From contig NIVC01001166.1 of NCBI GenBank assembly GCA_002269645.1, positions 186,001-250,000 of the forward strand: a stretch of 64,000 nt of DNA, in the 5' to 3' direction. This stretch comes from Macrostomum lignano. Its lineage: Eukaryota. The translations under genes and the position numbers were made by a program. Below, piece after piece: positions 11,801 through 23,577 of this stretch (positions within the stretch are counted from its first letter, which is position 1; every line of letters starts with the position of its first letter). The notes beneath the pieces are model-generated. The model worked only from the letters and a program-made list of their open reading frames with translations. It searched no databases and was not told the origin of the DNA.

Positions 11801-14800
11801 ACCCTGTCTATTGATTGATAACTGCCCTATCTACTGGCTGATAACTGCCCTATCCACCTGTCACTATCTGCCCTGCCTATCAAGTGCAGCATCAAACTTA
11901 TAAACAAAGAAATCCGAGCTGCTATTTGATAAATTCAGCATTGGGGCAAAAATAAGATGCATAGAGTCGGCTGTTGACACAGGAAGAGACAGAGCTGCAG
12001 ACCGCGCTGCCGTACGCATATAGACACAGGGAAGTAAGTTTGGCAAATTATATAAATTTTGTGAGCAAATATTTGAACCTGTGCAGCTCTCCCAGACAAG
12101 GGGGGATTGAAATCTACTGGCAGCGTTGCGTACAGAGGCAAAGTGTAGGGCTTTAACTTTTATAACCAACGAGCGGTGGCGAGGTATTTATTTCTAATTG
12201 GAATAAATTGGGGAACGAGGGGGAATGGGCGGAAGAGGGACCGGAAGAGGAAGGGGCGGAAGAGGAAGGGGCGGAAGAGGAAGGGGCGGAAGAGGAAGGG
12301 GCGGAAGAGGGAGGAAGGGGCGGAAGAGGAAGGGGTGGAAGAGGGAGGGGCGGAAGAGGAAGGGGCGGAAGAAGAAGGGGCGGAAGAGGAAGGGGCGGAA
12401 GAGGGAGGAAGGGGCGGAAGAGGAAGGGGCGGAAGAGGAAGGGGCGGAAGAGGGAGGAAGGGCGGAAGAGGAAGGGGTGGAAGAGGGAGGGGCGGAAGAG
12501 GAAGGGGTGGAAGAGGGAAGGGCGGAAGAGGAGGGGGTGGAAGAGGGAGGAAGTGGCGGAAGAGGGAGGAAGGGGCGGAACAGGAAGGGGCGGAAGAGGA
12601 AGGGGCGGAAGAGGGAGGAAGGGCGGAAGAGGGAGGAAGTGGCGGAAGAGGGAGGAAGGGGCGGAACAGGAAGGGGCGGAAGAGGAAGGGGCGGAAGAGG
12701 GAGGAAGGGCGGAAGAGGAAGGGGTGGAAGAGGGAGGGGCGGAAGAGGAAGGGGTGGAAGAGGGAAGGGCGGAAGAGGAGGGGGTGGAAGAGGGAGGAAG
12801 GGGTGGAAGAGGGAAGAGGTGAAGGTCCAGAGCCAGAAATAACGGGTTAAGTATAGTGAAAAGGACACAGCTAGGAGGTATACATGTAGAAACCTATACA
12901 AATTAGTGCTAGGGGCAGCAGAGTCGGCCAAAAACTAAGAGAAATTAATATTATGAATTTTTAAACAACAGCTACAAGCCAACACTGACTGGATAACAAT
13001 AAAAATAACAAAAAACCCAACTCCCGCCCTTGCATACAGCAGGGCCTAACTGAAAAAACCTGACTAGATGAGCCGGGCGGGGCCCAACCGCCTCAGCTGG
13101 AATTGCAATTGGCTGGGACCAGAGCTGGGATCGGCGCAAACAACTTATCCTCATACAGAGCAGTGGAAGCTACATGTACGCACACAGACATATATATATA
13201 ATAAGTGGCCAACTTGATACACCAGTGAGGAGCAAAGGCCGATCGCACACACGCAGTTATCATGCTGACCCTGGCCAATGCCTTCAGAGACATTGACTCG
13301 TCTGGCAGCGACGAGGACTGGGACGCGAAAGGTAAGGCTGCAAAGGCGCAACCAGTGGATTTTGTGATGGGGTTTTTGGAGGACGGCGTTCGGCGCACAT
13401 AGAAAAAACTCATCATAGTGTTTTGCAGGTATTGCAAAGCACTAATTAGATGACGAGGCATTTAAATATCGAAGGACAGTTATAGTTACTCCCGCCGTTT
13501 GAGCCAGCGGGTGCCTGCTTGCCTTCTCGCTGTTGTCTTGATTTGCAGAATTGGTCAAATCCCTCATACAGGCTTAACTAATCAATATAGCACTGTGGGA
13601 GAGCACAGGAACCATTCAGATGGTCAGTTCTCTGACAGGGGGTGAGGTCACATGACCCCCATAAGACCCCTCGCCTACGCCTTGACCCAAGCTCAGTTAA
13701 AATTTATCTCCCAAGGAATAAATTGTGCAACATTTGCATATCCCTTGAGGGGAAAAGGATTTAAAGCTTTGGAATTGTTTGAACTTTATATCGATTTACA
13801 AAGACACGCCAAGCATAAAATTGAAAAGTTCTGAACGATTTAGCAGAAATAATCAACAAGACAGTTCGGAAGAAGGGAGGATGCTATTCTATGTAAGATA
13901 GAGATGGGATTTCCGAATTATAGAGATGAGATCTTTCAATTATAGAGATGAGATCTTCCAATGGTAGATATGAGATTTCCTAATGATAGAGATGAGATCT
14001 CCCAATGGTAGATATGAGATTTCCTAATGATAGAGATGAGATCTCCCAATGGTAGATATGAGATTTCCTAATGATAGAGATGAGATCTCCCAATGGTCGA
14101 GATAAGATCCCACAATGGAAGAGATGAGATCTCAAAATGACTGAGATGAGATCTCACAATGATTGAGATCCCACAATGACTGAGGTGAGATCTCACAATG
14201 GAAGAGATGAAATCTCAAAATGACTGAGATGAGATCTCACAATGATTGAGATCCCACAATGACTGAGGTGAGATCTCACAATGGTAGAGATGAGATCTCA
14301 CAATGGAAGAGATGAGATCTCAAAATAACTGAGATGAGATCTCACAATGATTGAGATCCCACAATGACTGAGGTGAGATCTCACAATGGTAGAGATGAGG
14401 TCTCAAAATGACTGAGATCCCACAATGACTGAGGTGAGACCTCACAATGGTAGAGATGAGATCTCACAATGACTGAGATGAGATCTCACAATGATTGAGA
14501 TCCCACAATGACTGAGGTGAGATCTCACAATGGTAGAGATGAGATCTCACAATGGAAGAGATGAAATCTCAAAATGACTGAGATGAGATCTCACAATGAT
14601 TGAGGTGAGATCTCACAATGGTAGAGATGAGGTCTCAAAATGACTGAGATCCCACAATGACTGAGATGAGATCTCACAATGATTGAGATCCCACAATGAT
14701 TGAGATCCCACAATGACTGAGATGAGATCTTACAATGGAAGAGATGAGATCTCACAATGGTAGATATGGGATTTCACAATGATTGAGATGAGATCCCACA

Positions 14801-15696
14801 ATGACTGAGATGAGATCTCACAATGGTAGATATGGGATTTCACAATGATTGAGATGAGATCCCACAATGACTGAGATCAGATCTCACAATGGCTGAAATG
14901 TGATCTCACAATAAAAAAGCTGAGATCTCTCCAGAGGCTCAAGTGAAGTCACTCTAACGAGTGCAAGAATCGATAGAAAGGTGCTGTTAACACAGATAAA
15001 ATCTCTATTTTGAAAACTAGGAATGATTGAGACGTATGAGATTTCACACAAATTGGTAGGGTCAGTGTTCAAAGAGACACAAAGCACCAGGACCTTCAAC
15101 TTTCGCCTTTCATCCTACACTATCTCCAGCCGCTGGTTTGAGCAAAATTCGCTTGTAACACCTTCGACTTGCAAGCCACTTCTCAGTCTAAAAAGTTTAT
15201 TGACCCCCAATAAAATATCAAACGGGAAGATCAACTTGAAGCAAAATATGCAAATTAGAATTACAGTTCAAACAGACAGTGGGGGGGGGGGCGCACACTC
15301 TTCAACTCTAATGCATTCGAAGTGCCTATTGACTTCGGAGCCGACTGCCTCTGAGCTCTAGCATTAGAGTCGAGAGCACTCCCGAGTCAGCGGCGACTAA
15401 TAAACACAGGCAGACCTCGACGAGAGGCAGAGGGTGAGACGATAAGAGATAGAAGATTAGATTACTCAAGCCAAATTTTGGATAAATAGATAAACTTGAA
15501 TAATGCGGCTGAGTGCGCTCCTGCTGGCGTGAAATAATGACAGAATATTATCGAGCAGGGGAGACCAGACTCGGCTCTGGGCGTTGTTAAATATGGATGG
15601 CATACTTTTATGCTAGTTCCTGCCTGATGTTGCTACTTCAATTCGAATTGTTGAATGATAGATAGATGCATAGACAGACAGACAGACACAGACAGG

Positions 15697-15790
<94 letters not shown>

Positions 15791-15793
15791 CTA

Positions 15794-15830
<37 letters not shown>

Positions 15831-15833
15831 CTA

Positions 15834-15866
<33 letters not shown>

Positions 15867-15869
15867 CTA

Positions 15870-15942
<73 letters not shown>

Positions 15943-15973
15943 CTACGATAGACAGACAGACAGACAGACACTA

Positions 15974-16010
<37 letters not shown>

Positions 16011-16013
16011 GGC

Positions 16014-16062
<49 letters not shown>

Positions 16063-16068
16063 GGCAGG

Positions 16069-16110
<42 letters not shown>

Positions 16111-16153
16111 GGCAGGCAGACAGACAGGCAGGCAGACAGACAGACAGGCAGGC

Positions 16154-16194
<41 letters not shown>

Positions 16195-16235
16195 GGCAGA
16201 CAGACAGACAGACAGACAGACAGACAGTCAGACAA

Positions 16236-16302
<67 letters not shown>

Positions 16303-16305
16303 GTC

Positions 16306-16337
<32 letters not shown>

Positions 16338-18644
16338 CGGAGGCGAAGATGAAAGACAGAACTCCAAGTCAGTTATATCTAGAATTCCATGTCCGAGGAA
16401 AACAGATCAAGGCAAGGAAAAGATCAAGCCAGAGACTGAGAAGTGAAACAGTCACAGCTGGCGGATGCGGGGCTCGCATGAAAGTCAGGCGCTGATTGGC
16501 GCCCCTCTCCCTCTGCCCCCAGCAGCCAGTGCAACGGGACTTGAACTGTCAGCGCCCCTGTTTGCATAAATAATTAATGAATGAGAGATTTCCGACGGGA
16601 ATTGGCCTCGCCCCAGCCAGAACAGGATTGGGTTTTTATCTTCCGCGGCTGAAGAGCATCCCCCCAGCCACTGTGCATCCCTGTTAGCCGGACTGGGAAG
16701 CATTCGTTGACGCTGGCTGTACACCAACGCGTGAGCAGCAACATAAGTTAGCGCTTGCTTGCTAAGCAAAGCCGAAGATTGGCAAACTAGTAAAAGTACA
16801 TTTGATAGCGTAGAAAGTATCCACTCTATTTTAATGGGTTGCGCTAAGCTGGAATACACTGAACTTACCAAGGACTTATCCCTAGCGACTGTTAAACGGT
16901 GTTTTAAGGACTGTTTAAGATCATTCAGGAAACACTGAAGACATGGATGCGACACCCCAGAAAATGAGGCCCAGGCGGCGGCACTTTTTTGTCCCAATTG
17001 TTGATTCATATCTTACGCTTTTTTTTTTTAAATAATCTGCTGTTTCATATGAGGCTGGTTTCCTGAAAATTGGCTGGAAATTAAAAAAAAATTCTGTATC
17101 AAAAGGTTTCAAGATCGTTCCTGCCGGCTTGGTCAGCAGGGCTGGCCATAGACTATCGCTGCCACTTTCACACTCTGCTATGCAAAGCCGTTCCTGTCGG
17201 CTTGGTCAGCAGGGCTGGCCATAGACTATCGCTGCCACTTTCACACTCTGCTATGCAAAGCCGTTCCTGTCGGCTTGGTCAGCAGGGCTGGCCATAGACT
17301 ATCGCTGCCGCTTTAAAAGGACCATTGAGGGTCGTACAGGAGTTACTAAGGTATTACAGTGGGAATATTCTGAAGGGCACAATTATGAGCAGTGCAAAAG
17401 CAGAATTCCCGCAAAGCGCCCAGCCAAAAACTCGCCCCCCCCTCGAGTCAGGACAGAGGTTGATTCAATTTGCAGGCGATCTCCAAAAGTTCATCATCAG
17501 CTCAGTGTCCCAATTCGAAGTAAAAAAATTATACTTGACAAGTTGAGATATATCAAAGACGGTCAGGATATACAGTAAACAAGGAGCTGGTATGAGATCC
17601 TCCCCACCAAACTGACAGCCCGTTTTGTGTCTCTTGGCCGCTATTTGTACCACCAGAATTCCAAGAATTGTGGCCGAGAATTAGGAACTCTTGCACATTA
17701 TGCACGCACCTCCGCAATGCTGATAGATCTGCAGCCCCGAGTGATGAGTGACAAGTTCGGCTCTTTATGGCATCCCTTCATGAGGCAAATGAAACAGGGA
17801 GACTTAACTGTCAGCAATATGCTGCAGTCATTAAAATATATGTTAAGCAGAAACTTAAACTAGATATTCATCATTAGAAAGTTATTTTTGGCTAGATTAG
17901 CAATCCATTCCAACATTCACTTTATATGAATGTTGGCTAGATTAGCAATCCATTCTATTTCTGCATCTATTGTAGGCTAGATTAGCAGTCCATTCTATTT
18001 CTGCATCTATTGTAGGCTATACTAGCAATCCATTCTATTTCTGCATCTACTGTAGGCTAGATTAGCAATCCATTCCAACATCCACTTCATATGGATGTTG
18101 GCTAGATTAGCAATCCATTCTAACATCCACTTCATATGGATGTTGGCTAGATTAGCAATCCATTCTATTTCTGCATCTATTGTAGGCTATACTAGCAATC
18201 CATTCTATTTCTGCATCTACTGTAGGCTAGATTAGCAATCCATTCCAACATCCACTTCATATGGATGTTGGCTAGATTAGCAATCCATTCTAACATCCAC
18301 TTCATATGGATGTTGGCTAGATTAGCAATCCATTCTATTTCTGCATCTACTGTATTGTAGGCTAGAGTAGCAACCCACTGGCATTTAGGGCTAGATCAGC
18401 AATTCTGAGAATGCCCACTCTAAAAATCCAAATCACCGGTGGGGTCTGTTTACCTGTCCTGAAAAGCCCGATCGGAAGTCCACTGAGCCTGTTTGGTGGC
18501 TCGAACCTCATTGGCATGGAAATAGTTGACCGCCTGGCCCCAGGCCTGCCTATTTTGGTCCTCGGCGGCTCGACGCCTCGCCATAGCGTCCTCGTACACG
18601 GCTTTGGAAGTAGAATAGCGAACTTTTAGGTGCGGCAATGCCAT
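5811..18644 (-). CDS. TCHP: Trichoplein keratin filament-binding protein (coiled-coil, centriolar). Exons 18644-18454, 8595-8487, 7049-5811; about 512 aa
   Basis: The N-terminus MALPHL...[10 protein letters not shown]...[13 protein letters not shown]|SMNAF resembles TCHP (MALPTL...KQAEWSSKTSYQRSMHAY). [15 protein letters not shown] and [30 protein letters not shown] match the TCHP coiled coil. Junctions are phase-compatible GT-AG. Confidence 0.88.
7085..8215. repeat. 16-bp minisatellite filling TCHP intron 2
   Basis: Unit CAGATACTGACACCCT, about 70 copies with variants. Confidence 0.97.
8625..11865. repeat. 23-bp minisatellite (about 3.2 kb, about 140 copies) in TCHP intron 1
   Basis: Unit CTGATATCTGCC(C/A)TGTCT(A/G)CTG(G/A). 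Confidence 0.98.
12230..12825. repeat. Polypurine repeat, about 600 bp
   Basis: (GCGGAAGAGGAAGGG/GAGGG)n, almost entirely A/G on the plus strand. Confidence 0.95.
13900..14910. repeat. GAGATGAGATCTCACAATG-type minisatellite
   Basis: Units of about 17-22 bp built around AGATCT. Confidence 0.93.
15660..16340. repeat. (GACA)n microsatellite, about 680 bp
   Basis: Direct reading. Confidence 0.98.
17117..17310. repeat. 73-bp tandem repeat, about 2.7 copies
   Basis: GTTCCTG(C/T)CGGCTTGGTCAGCAGGGCTGG starts at 17117, 17190 and 17263. Confidence 0.92.
17890..18370. repeat. Composite 40/45-bp repeat with a constant 21-bp block and two alternating variable blocks
   Basis: GGCTAGATTAGCAATCCATTC followed by TATTTCTGCATCTATTGTA or by CAACATCCACTTCATATGGATGTT (10-bp hairpin). 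Confidence 0.9.
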
Positions 18645-18974
18645 GACATAAATATATGGTGGAAGGACAAATTTTGCAGTTAATACAACTAAAATTAGAA
18701 TTTAGTAAGATTTTGACTAGAAGCTAGGAAGCAATTTTAAAGAAAAATAAAGCAAAAATACCAGACTCAGAAAGGTTACTCAGAAATGCGTGAGATTGGC
18801 ATATTTTCCATTTGTACTTTTTGATAACACACAAATTAAGCTAACAATCAAATTATACTACCGGCTTGACAGATTAGTAGCAAATGAAGAGACGCGACGA
18901 ATTATTGTTTAGCAGACTTCTTTTCTGCTTTTCCGGGTGATAAAGACTGAATTTCCCTGCTTTAAGGGCGATTC

Positions 18975-19650
18975 CAAAGTGGTATTTTTGAGGCGATTGT
19001 AGAGGGGTATTTTTGAGGCGATTGTAGAGGGGTATTTTTGAGGCGATTGTAGAGGGGTATTTTTAGGCCATTGTAGATGGGTACTTTTGAGGCGATTGTA
19101 GAGGGGTATTTTTTAGGCCATTGTAGACGGGTATTTTTGAGGCGATTGTAGATGGGTATTTTTGAGGCGATTGTAGACGGGTATTTTTGAGGCCATTGTA
19201 AAGGGGTATTTTTGAGGCGATTCTAGAGGGGTATCCTGGGACAATTATAGAGAAGAATTTTGAACAATTCTAGAGGATATTTTGGGACAACTTAAGAGGG
19301 GAAATTTGAACACCATTCAGAGGGATATTTCGGACGATTATAGAGTATTTTGAACCGATTTTGAGGGGTATTTTGGACCGGTTCTAGAGGGGTATTTTGC
19401 ATCGATTCTAGAGGGGTATTTTGAACCGATTCTACAGGGGTATTTTGGACCGATATTAGAGGGGTATTTTGAACCGATTTTGAGGGGTATTTTGGACTGA
19501 TTCTAGAGGGGTATTTTGGACTGATTCTAGAGGGGTATTTTGCACCAATTCAAGAGGGGTGTTTTGGACCGATTCTAGAGGGGTATTTTGGACTGATTCT
19601 AGAGGGGTATTTCGCACCGATTCTAGAGGGGCATTTCAGGGCGATTCTAA
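18975..19650. repeat. 25-bp minisatellite between PELP1 and TCHP
   Basis: Unit GAGGGGTATTTTTGAGGCGATTGTA and variants. Confidence 0.92.
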
Positions 19651-19773
19651 GAAAGATATTTCCAGCTGATCTTCTGGGCGATTTAAGGACAACTAACAGA
19701 TCATCAACGCACTGACGCAATGCACAAACATCCACACAAACGCATATTTGGCTGGTCAACAAACAGTCCACTG

Positions 19774-21837
19774 TCAGTCGTTATCGACAAAGCTGTCTAG
19801 CATTTCCATAACGCTCGGCCCTCCCTCCGGCTTGACTGACTGCAACTCAACGCCGCCAGCAGAGCCGTCTGTTGCTGCAGCCCGCTGCGTCTCCTGCTGC
19901 GAGTCCACCTGACTGTCGGCGGTTAAAAACGCTTCATCTTCGTCAGCCTCAGCTTCATCCTCAGCTTCAGTGTCCTCGTTAGATTCTCCTTCATCAGCCG
20001 AGACGGACAGTCGAGCAATCTTAGCCGGCGGCGGCCTGTCATCCTCATCGTCATCTTCGGTGTCGCTTTGAGCTGCTGCTGCCTCTTCTTCAACGGGTTT
20101 CTCCTGGGGCAGCGGTGGCAGCGGCTGCGGATGAGGCCGAGATCCAGCCTCTGCCGTGGCTTCCTCATCAATCTCACCGTCGTCAGCTCCGACCGGCGGG
20201 CCGACCGTCTCCTCTGTCGCGCCGTCAGTCCAGAGCGGCGGACTCGCCCAGACGCTCAGGCGGTCGCGCAGGCCGTCCAGCGGCCGCCTGGCGGCAGCTC
20301 CGCCCAGGCGTCTCAAAGCCAGCGCCAGCAGCTCCACTGGCCAGGGACGGCAGGGCAGCGGGCATCGGCCAAGGGCGGATAGAAACTCGGCCACAGATTC
20401 GGCCAGGTCGGCTGTCGGAGCCGGACGGGCCCCGGACACCAGGCGGCCGGCAAGCGGACCGGCCAGCCGGCGCCACAGCAGGCGGGCCACGGCCGGCTCC
20501 GGGCGGAAGTCTTCAACTAAGCGGGCGAGGCAGCGCAGCGCCGCCGCTCCGCAGCTCCGACGCCGGTCAAGAACGTCAACGTCAACAAGCTGGACAAGTT
20601 CAACGTCCGGCCGGGCCAGAACGGCAGCGGCGGCGTCCGGCACGAGACGGCACTGAACGAGGCCGCGAAGTCCGCCGCCGGGCAGCAGGGCGAGGCCGGC
20701 CACGGAGCGGCCGCTGTCCAGCCAGGCGGCCAGAAGCTCATAGGCCGCCAGCCGCAGCGGCCCAGACATCGGCGCTTCCAAGCTGGCGTGCAACGCGCCA
20801 GCCAGTTGCGGACTGATGAGGCACGCGCCGAGGCCCAGCATCCCGGCTAGGCGGCTCAATAGTCGATTTGCTTCAACCTGAGCTGAGGGAAGTTCGGTTG
20901 CTAGGCAACGAGCCTCGCTAGTAGCGGCCGACGGCCTCATAGAAACCAGCCGTTCGGCCAGGTCGGCGGCGGCGCCAACGTCGGCAGCAACGGTCAGCTG
21001 GGCCGGACAGTCGAGCAGCGCCCGGACGGCAGCCAGCAGGCCGGCGGCGCGCCGGACGCAGGCTCGGACGCCGGCCGAATCGGCGAGAATCGGCGGCAGA
21101 CCCGCCAGAAGGCCGGCAGCTGACGCCGAAGGGGGGACCGGCGATGCATGCTGCTGCTGGCCGGAGTCTTCGCCAACAAAGCCGCTACCGCCGGCGCAGT
21201 CCGCCATCCTCCGCAGGCAAGAGTCCAGAGCGTCAAGACACCTGGCGTGAAGCTCCGACCATCGGGTGGCTCGATCTTCGGCCGACAAGCTGCCGAGCTT
21301 TGGCAGCAGCGACCACAGCCTCTCGGCAGCCGCAGAGACGGCGGCGACTTCGGCAGCCCCGGCATCGTCAAGCCGCGGCTGAAGGTCCAACAGGCGGATC
21401 AGGGCGCCCTCGAGGCGGCCGCGAACGTGGCCGCACTGGGCGGGGAACCGCTGAATCGCGCACTCCATCGCCGGGGCCAGCCAGAGAATTTCGGCGAAAT
21501 TAGTCGACGAGGATCGAATCCTGGCTGCCAGGTGGTCGACAAGGCGAGGCAGGGAGGCAGCGGAGGCGGCCAGATCCCGGGCCAGGCCAGGCTGGGCGGC
21601 CGCTCGGCACAGCAGGCGGGCAGCGGCTGCGCAGGCTTGCGGCACAGCAGAATTTTTATCAATATTATTACTAGCGCTACTAATAGTAGTAGCTTTGCTA
21701 ATTTGGCGGCGATATTTCGCGCCAGGCGGAGCTAAAAGTTTAGCCAGCTGTTGGCAGAGCGCGGGACCATCGCGCGCCAGGCCGGCGTCGTCAAGTGCAA
21801 CGACGCGTCTGTGCAAATCCTGCGCGGCGGCCGCCAT
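19774..21837 (-). CDS. PELP1: PELP1/Rix1-like rixosome subunit, single coding exon, 687 aa
   Basis: AMECAIQRFPAQCGHVRGRLEGAL...LWSLLPKLG...RWSELHARCLDAL parallels PELP1 (GMKACMTYFPRACGSLKGKLASF...LPSLG...WEQELHSLL). Helical N-terminal region followed by a Pro/acidic C-terminal tail. Confidence 0.8.
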   Translation of the reverse strand: MAAAAQDLHRRVVALDDAGLARDGPALCQQLAKLLAPPGAKYRRQISKATTISSASNNIDKNSAVPQACAAAARLLCRAAAQPGLARDLAASAASLPRLVDHLAARIRSSSTNFAEILWLAPAMECAIQRFPAQCGHVRGRLEGALIRLLDLQPRLDDAGAAEVAAVSAAAERLWSLLPKLGSLSAEDRATRWSELHARCLDALDSCLRRMADCAGGSGFVGEDSGQQQHASPVPPSASAAGLLAGLPPILADSAGVRACVRRAAGLLAAVRALLDCPAQLTVAADVGAAADLAERLVSMRPSAATSEARCLATELPSAQVEANRLLSRLAGMLGLGACLISPQLAGALHASLEAPMSGPLRLAAYELLAAWLDSGRSVAGLALLPGGGLRGLVQCRLVPDAAAAVLARPDVELVQLVDVDVLDRRRSCGAAALRCLARLVEDFRPEPAVARLLWRRLAGPLAGRLVSGARPAPTADLAESVAEFLSALGRCPLPCRPWPVELLALALRRLGGAAARRPLDGLRDRLSVWASPPLWTDGATEETVGPPVGADDGEIDEEATAEAGSRPHPQPLPPLPQEKPVEEEAAAAQSDTEDDDEDDRPPPAKIARLSVSADEGESNEDTEAEDEAEADEDEAFLTADSQVDSQQETQRAAATDGSAGGVELQSVKPEGGPSVMEMLDSFVDND

Positions 21838-21864
21838 GAATACAAGAGGGGGAGGGTCGTTGAA

Positions 21865-22070
21865 CTGGGCTACTCCTTTTAACCCCTAGGTGGACGCTCA
21901 TTGGCTGAAGCCTAGCTGCACCCCTCTAACTGAACTGGACTACTCCTAACCCCTAGGTGGACGCTCATTGGCTGAAGCCTAGCTGCACCCCTCTAACTGA
22001 ACTGGACTACTCCTAACCCCTAGGTGGACGCTCATTGGCTGAAACCTACCTGCATCCCTTTAACTGAATA
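21865..22070. repeat. 67-bp x3 repeat with CCAAT boxes just 5' of the PELP1 ATG
   Basis: CTCATTGGCTGAA, with ATTGG at 21900, 21967 and 22034. Confidence 0.9.
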
Positions 22071-23577
22071 GGATTAAAACGCGATAGCATGAAATAAGAA
22101 AGTCACGTGACAATTTTCTTTTTTTGCTGATTAAAAATGGGAATCAAACTACGAGGTTTATACTTGAATTTTCATTAATAAATCAATTAGGCACGATAAA
22201 AATTTTTCAGTCCAGAGTTATCTATTTTATAATGAGAAGTACATGTAGTGTTGTAAGAACTATGCAAAAATTGATTTAAAGATAAAAGAACGAACCAATG
22301 AGACCATAAGTGCATAGAAAAATTAATTTAAATGTGCACTGCATACTACTCAGTGTATAAAGCCATTGGATAAAAAGCTCAAATTGAATTTAACTCGTCG
22401 AATCGAATGCTTTATATTTCATATAAAGCCATTCAACTGGTAATCTATTCGGCGAGTTATATTCAAAAAATGGAGAAAGCAATTGCAGTAAAAAACCAAC
22501 TGAAACTTGACTTGATTCATATTAAAATTTTAGTAGTACTACAAAAGCTTCGCAATGTAGTTGTGAAAAGAAAACTGTTGCAGCAAAAGACCAGACTCTA
22601 TGCAATAGCGTTAAGAATACTTATATACAGATCGAACAAAAAACTTTTTAAGAAAACTTTATTCTACAAAATAATTGAAATATAAATTTAGAAGAAAACA
22701 TACCAAAATTTAGCAATCTACCAAATTCATTTAATAATCTACTAATCCAGTTAAACATTCTACCAGATTAGTTTTTAACAATCTACCAAAGCTAACTGTA
22801 ACAATCTGGCAAAAATGCGTTTTAACAACCAATCTACCTGCCAATCAGTCTAACGAAACTCGCAAAGCCAGACTATGCTTACCTGAGCAAGAAACGCACG
22901 CGATCTGAGGATCAACTAAGGAGATAAGGAGATTAGCCCCTATAATCCTAGAATTTTTTAGATCAGCTTAGAAAAAATATTTGACTGACACATTGGACCA
23001 AAATCAAAGTCCAAAAAGCAGACAGGCAATTGACAAGAATGCAAACTATTATCTTAGTTTATTAAACCAATGAAACATGCTGCGTATATTGCATTCAAAG
23101 ACTGACATAGGCAGATAGAGCTGCTACTAACCAGGTGTCTGACGGGAGAGATTATTATATTATTCATAATTCAACCAAATAAATCAAGCTAAAAAATACT
23201 AGAAAACTACTTATATAAAATGGATAAGTAGCTAGTTTGAATATTGTATGGGTAAGATTCAATAAATAAAATAATGACACAATTACCAATGAGAATTATA
23301 CCCAATGAATATTTCAAAAAGGAAATAGAAGATTCTCAACGTGAGATAAAATATGATAATTAATGGTCAGTAGGACTGTTCAAGCAATACCAAGGTCAAC
23401 TGCAAGGAGGTGAAGAAGGAGAAGTTCTGAAATAAAATTTTGAATTCTGACTAACTAGGTAATATTGACAGCAGTTAATGCTAGCTAGTTATAACAAACC
23501 AATGCTTCACCAAGTTTAACTAATACTTAAAACAGTAGGAAAAATCGTACTAGTACCCTGTGAGTAGGTATATAAAA

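Noticed and set aside
11865-13860. Unique segments with short ORFs in TCHP intron 1 (for example 13093-13461)
   Set aside because: I recognised no transposase, RT or other motif; possibly decayed element fragments, but this cannot be supported.
16490-16600. CCAAT plus octamer-like TTTGCATAAATAATTAAT cluster
   Set aside because: Single short motifs at a density compatible with chance.
17890-18370. CRISPR-like pattern (constant block plus variable block, with a hairpin)
   Set aside because: Only two recurring 'spacer' types, a eukaryotic intron context and no cas genes; it is a composite minisatellite.
20810-20822. CTGATGAG hammerhead-core matches (also about 50235)
   Set aside because: They lie in a coding exon or at a splice acceptor, with no flanking stems or correctly placed GAAA.
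21655-21720. AT-rich island inside the GC-rich PELP1 exon as a possible micro-intron
   Set aside because: The frame stays open, the donor candidates are weak, and the best GT-AG span is only 36-45 nt.
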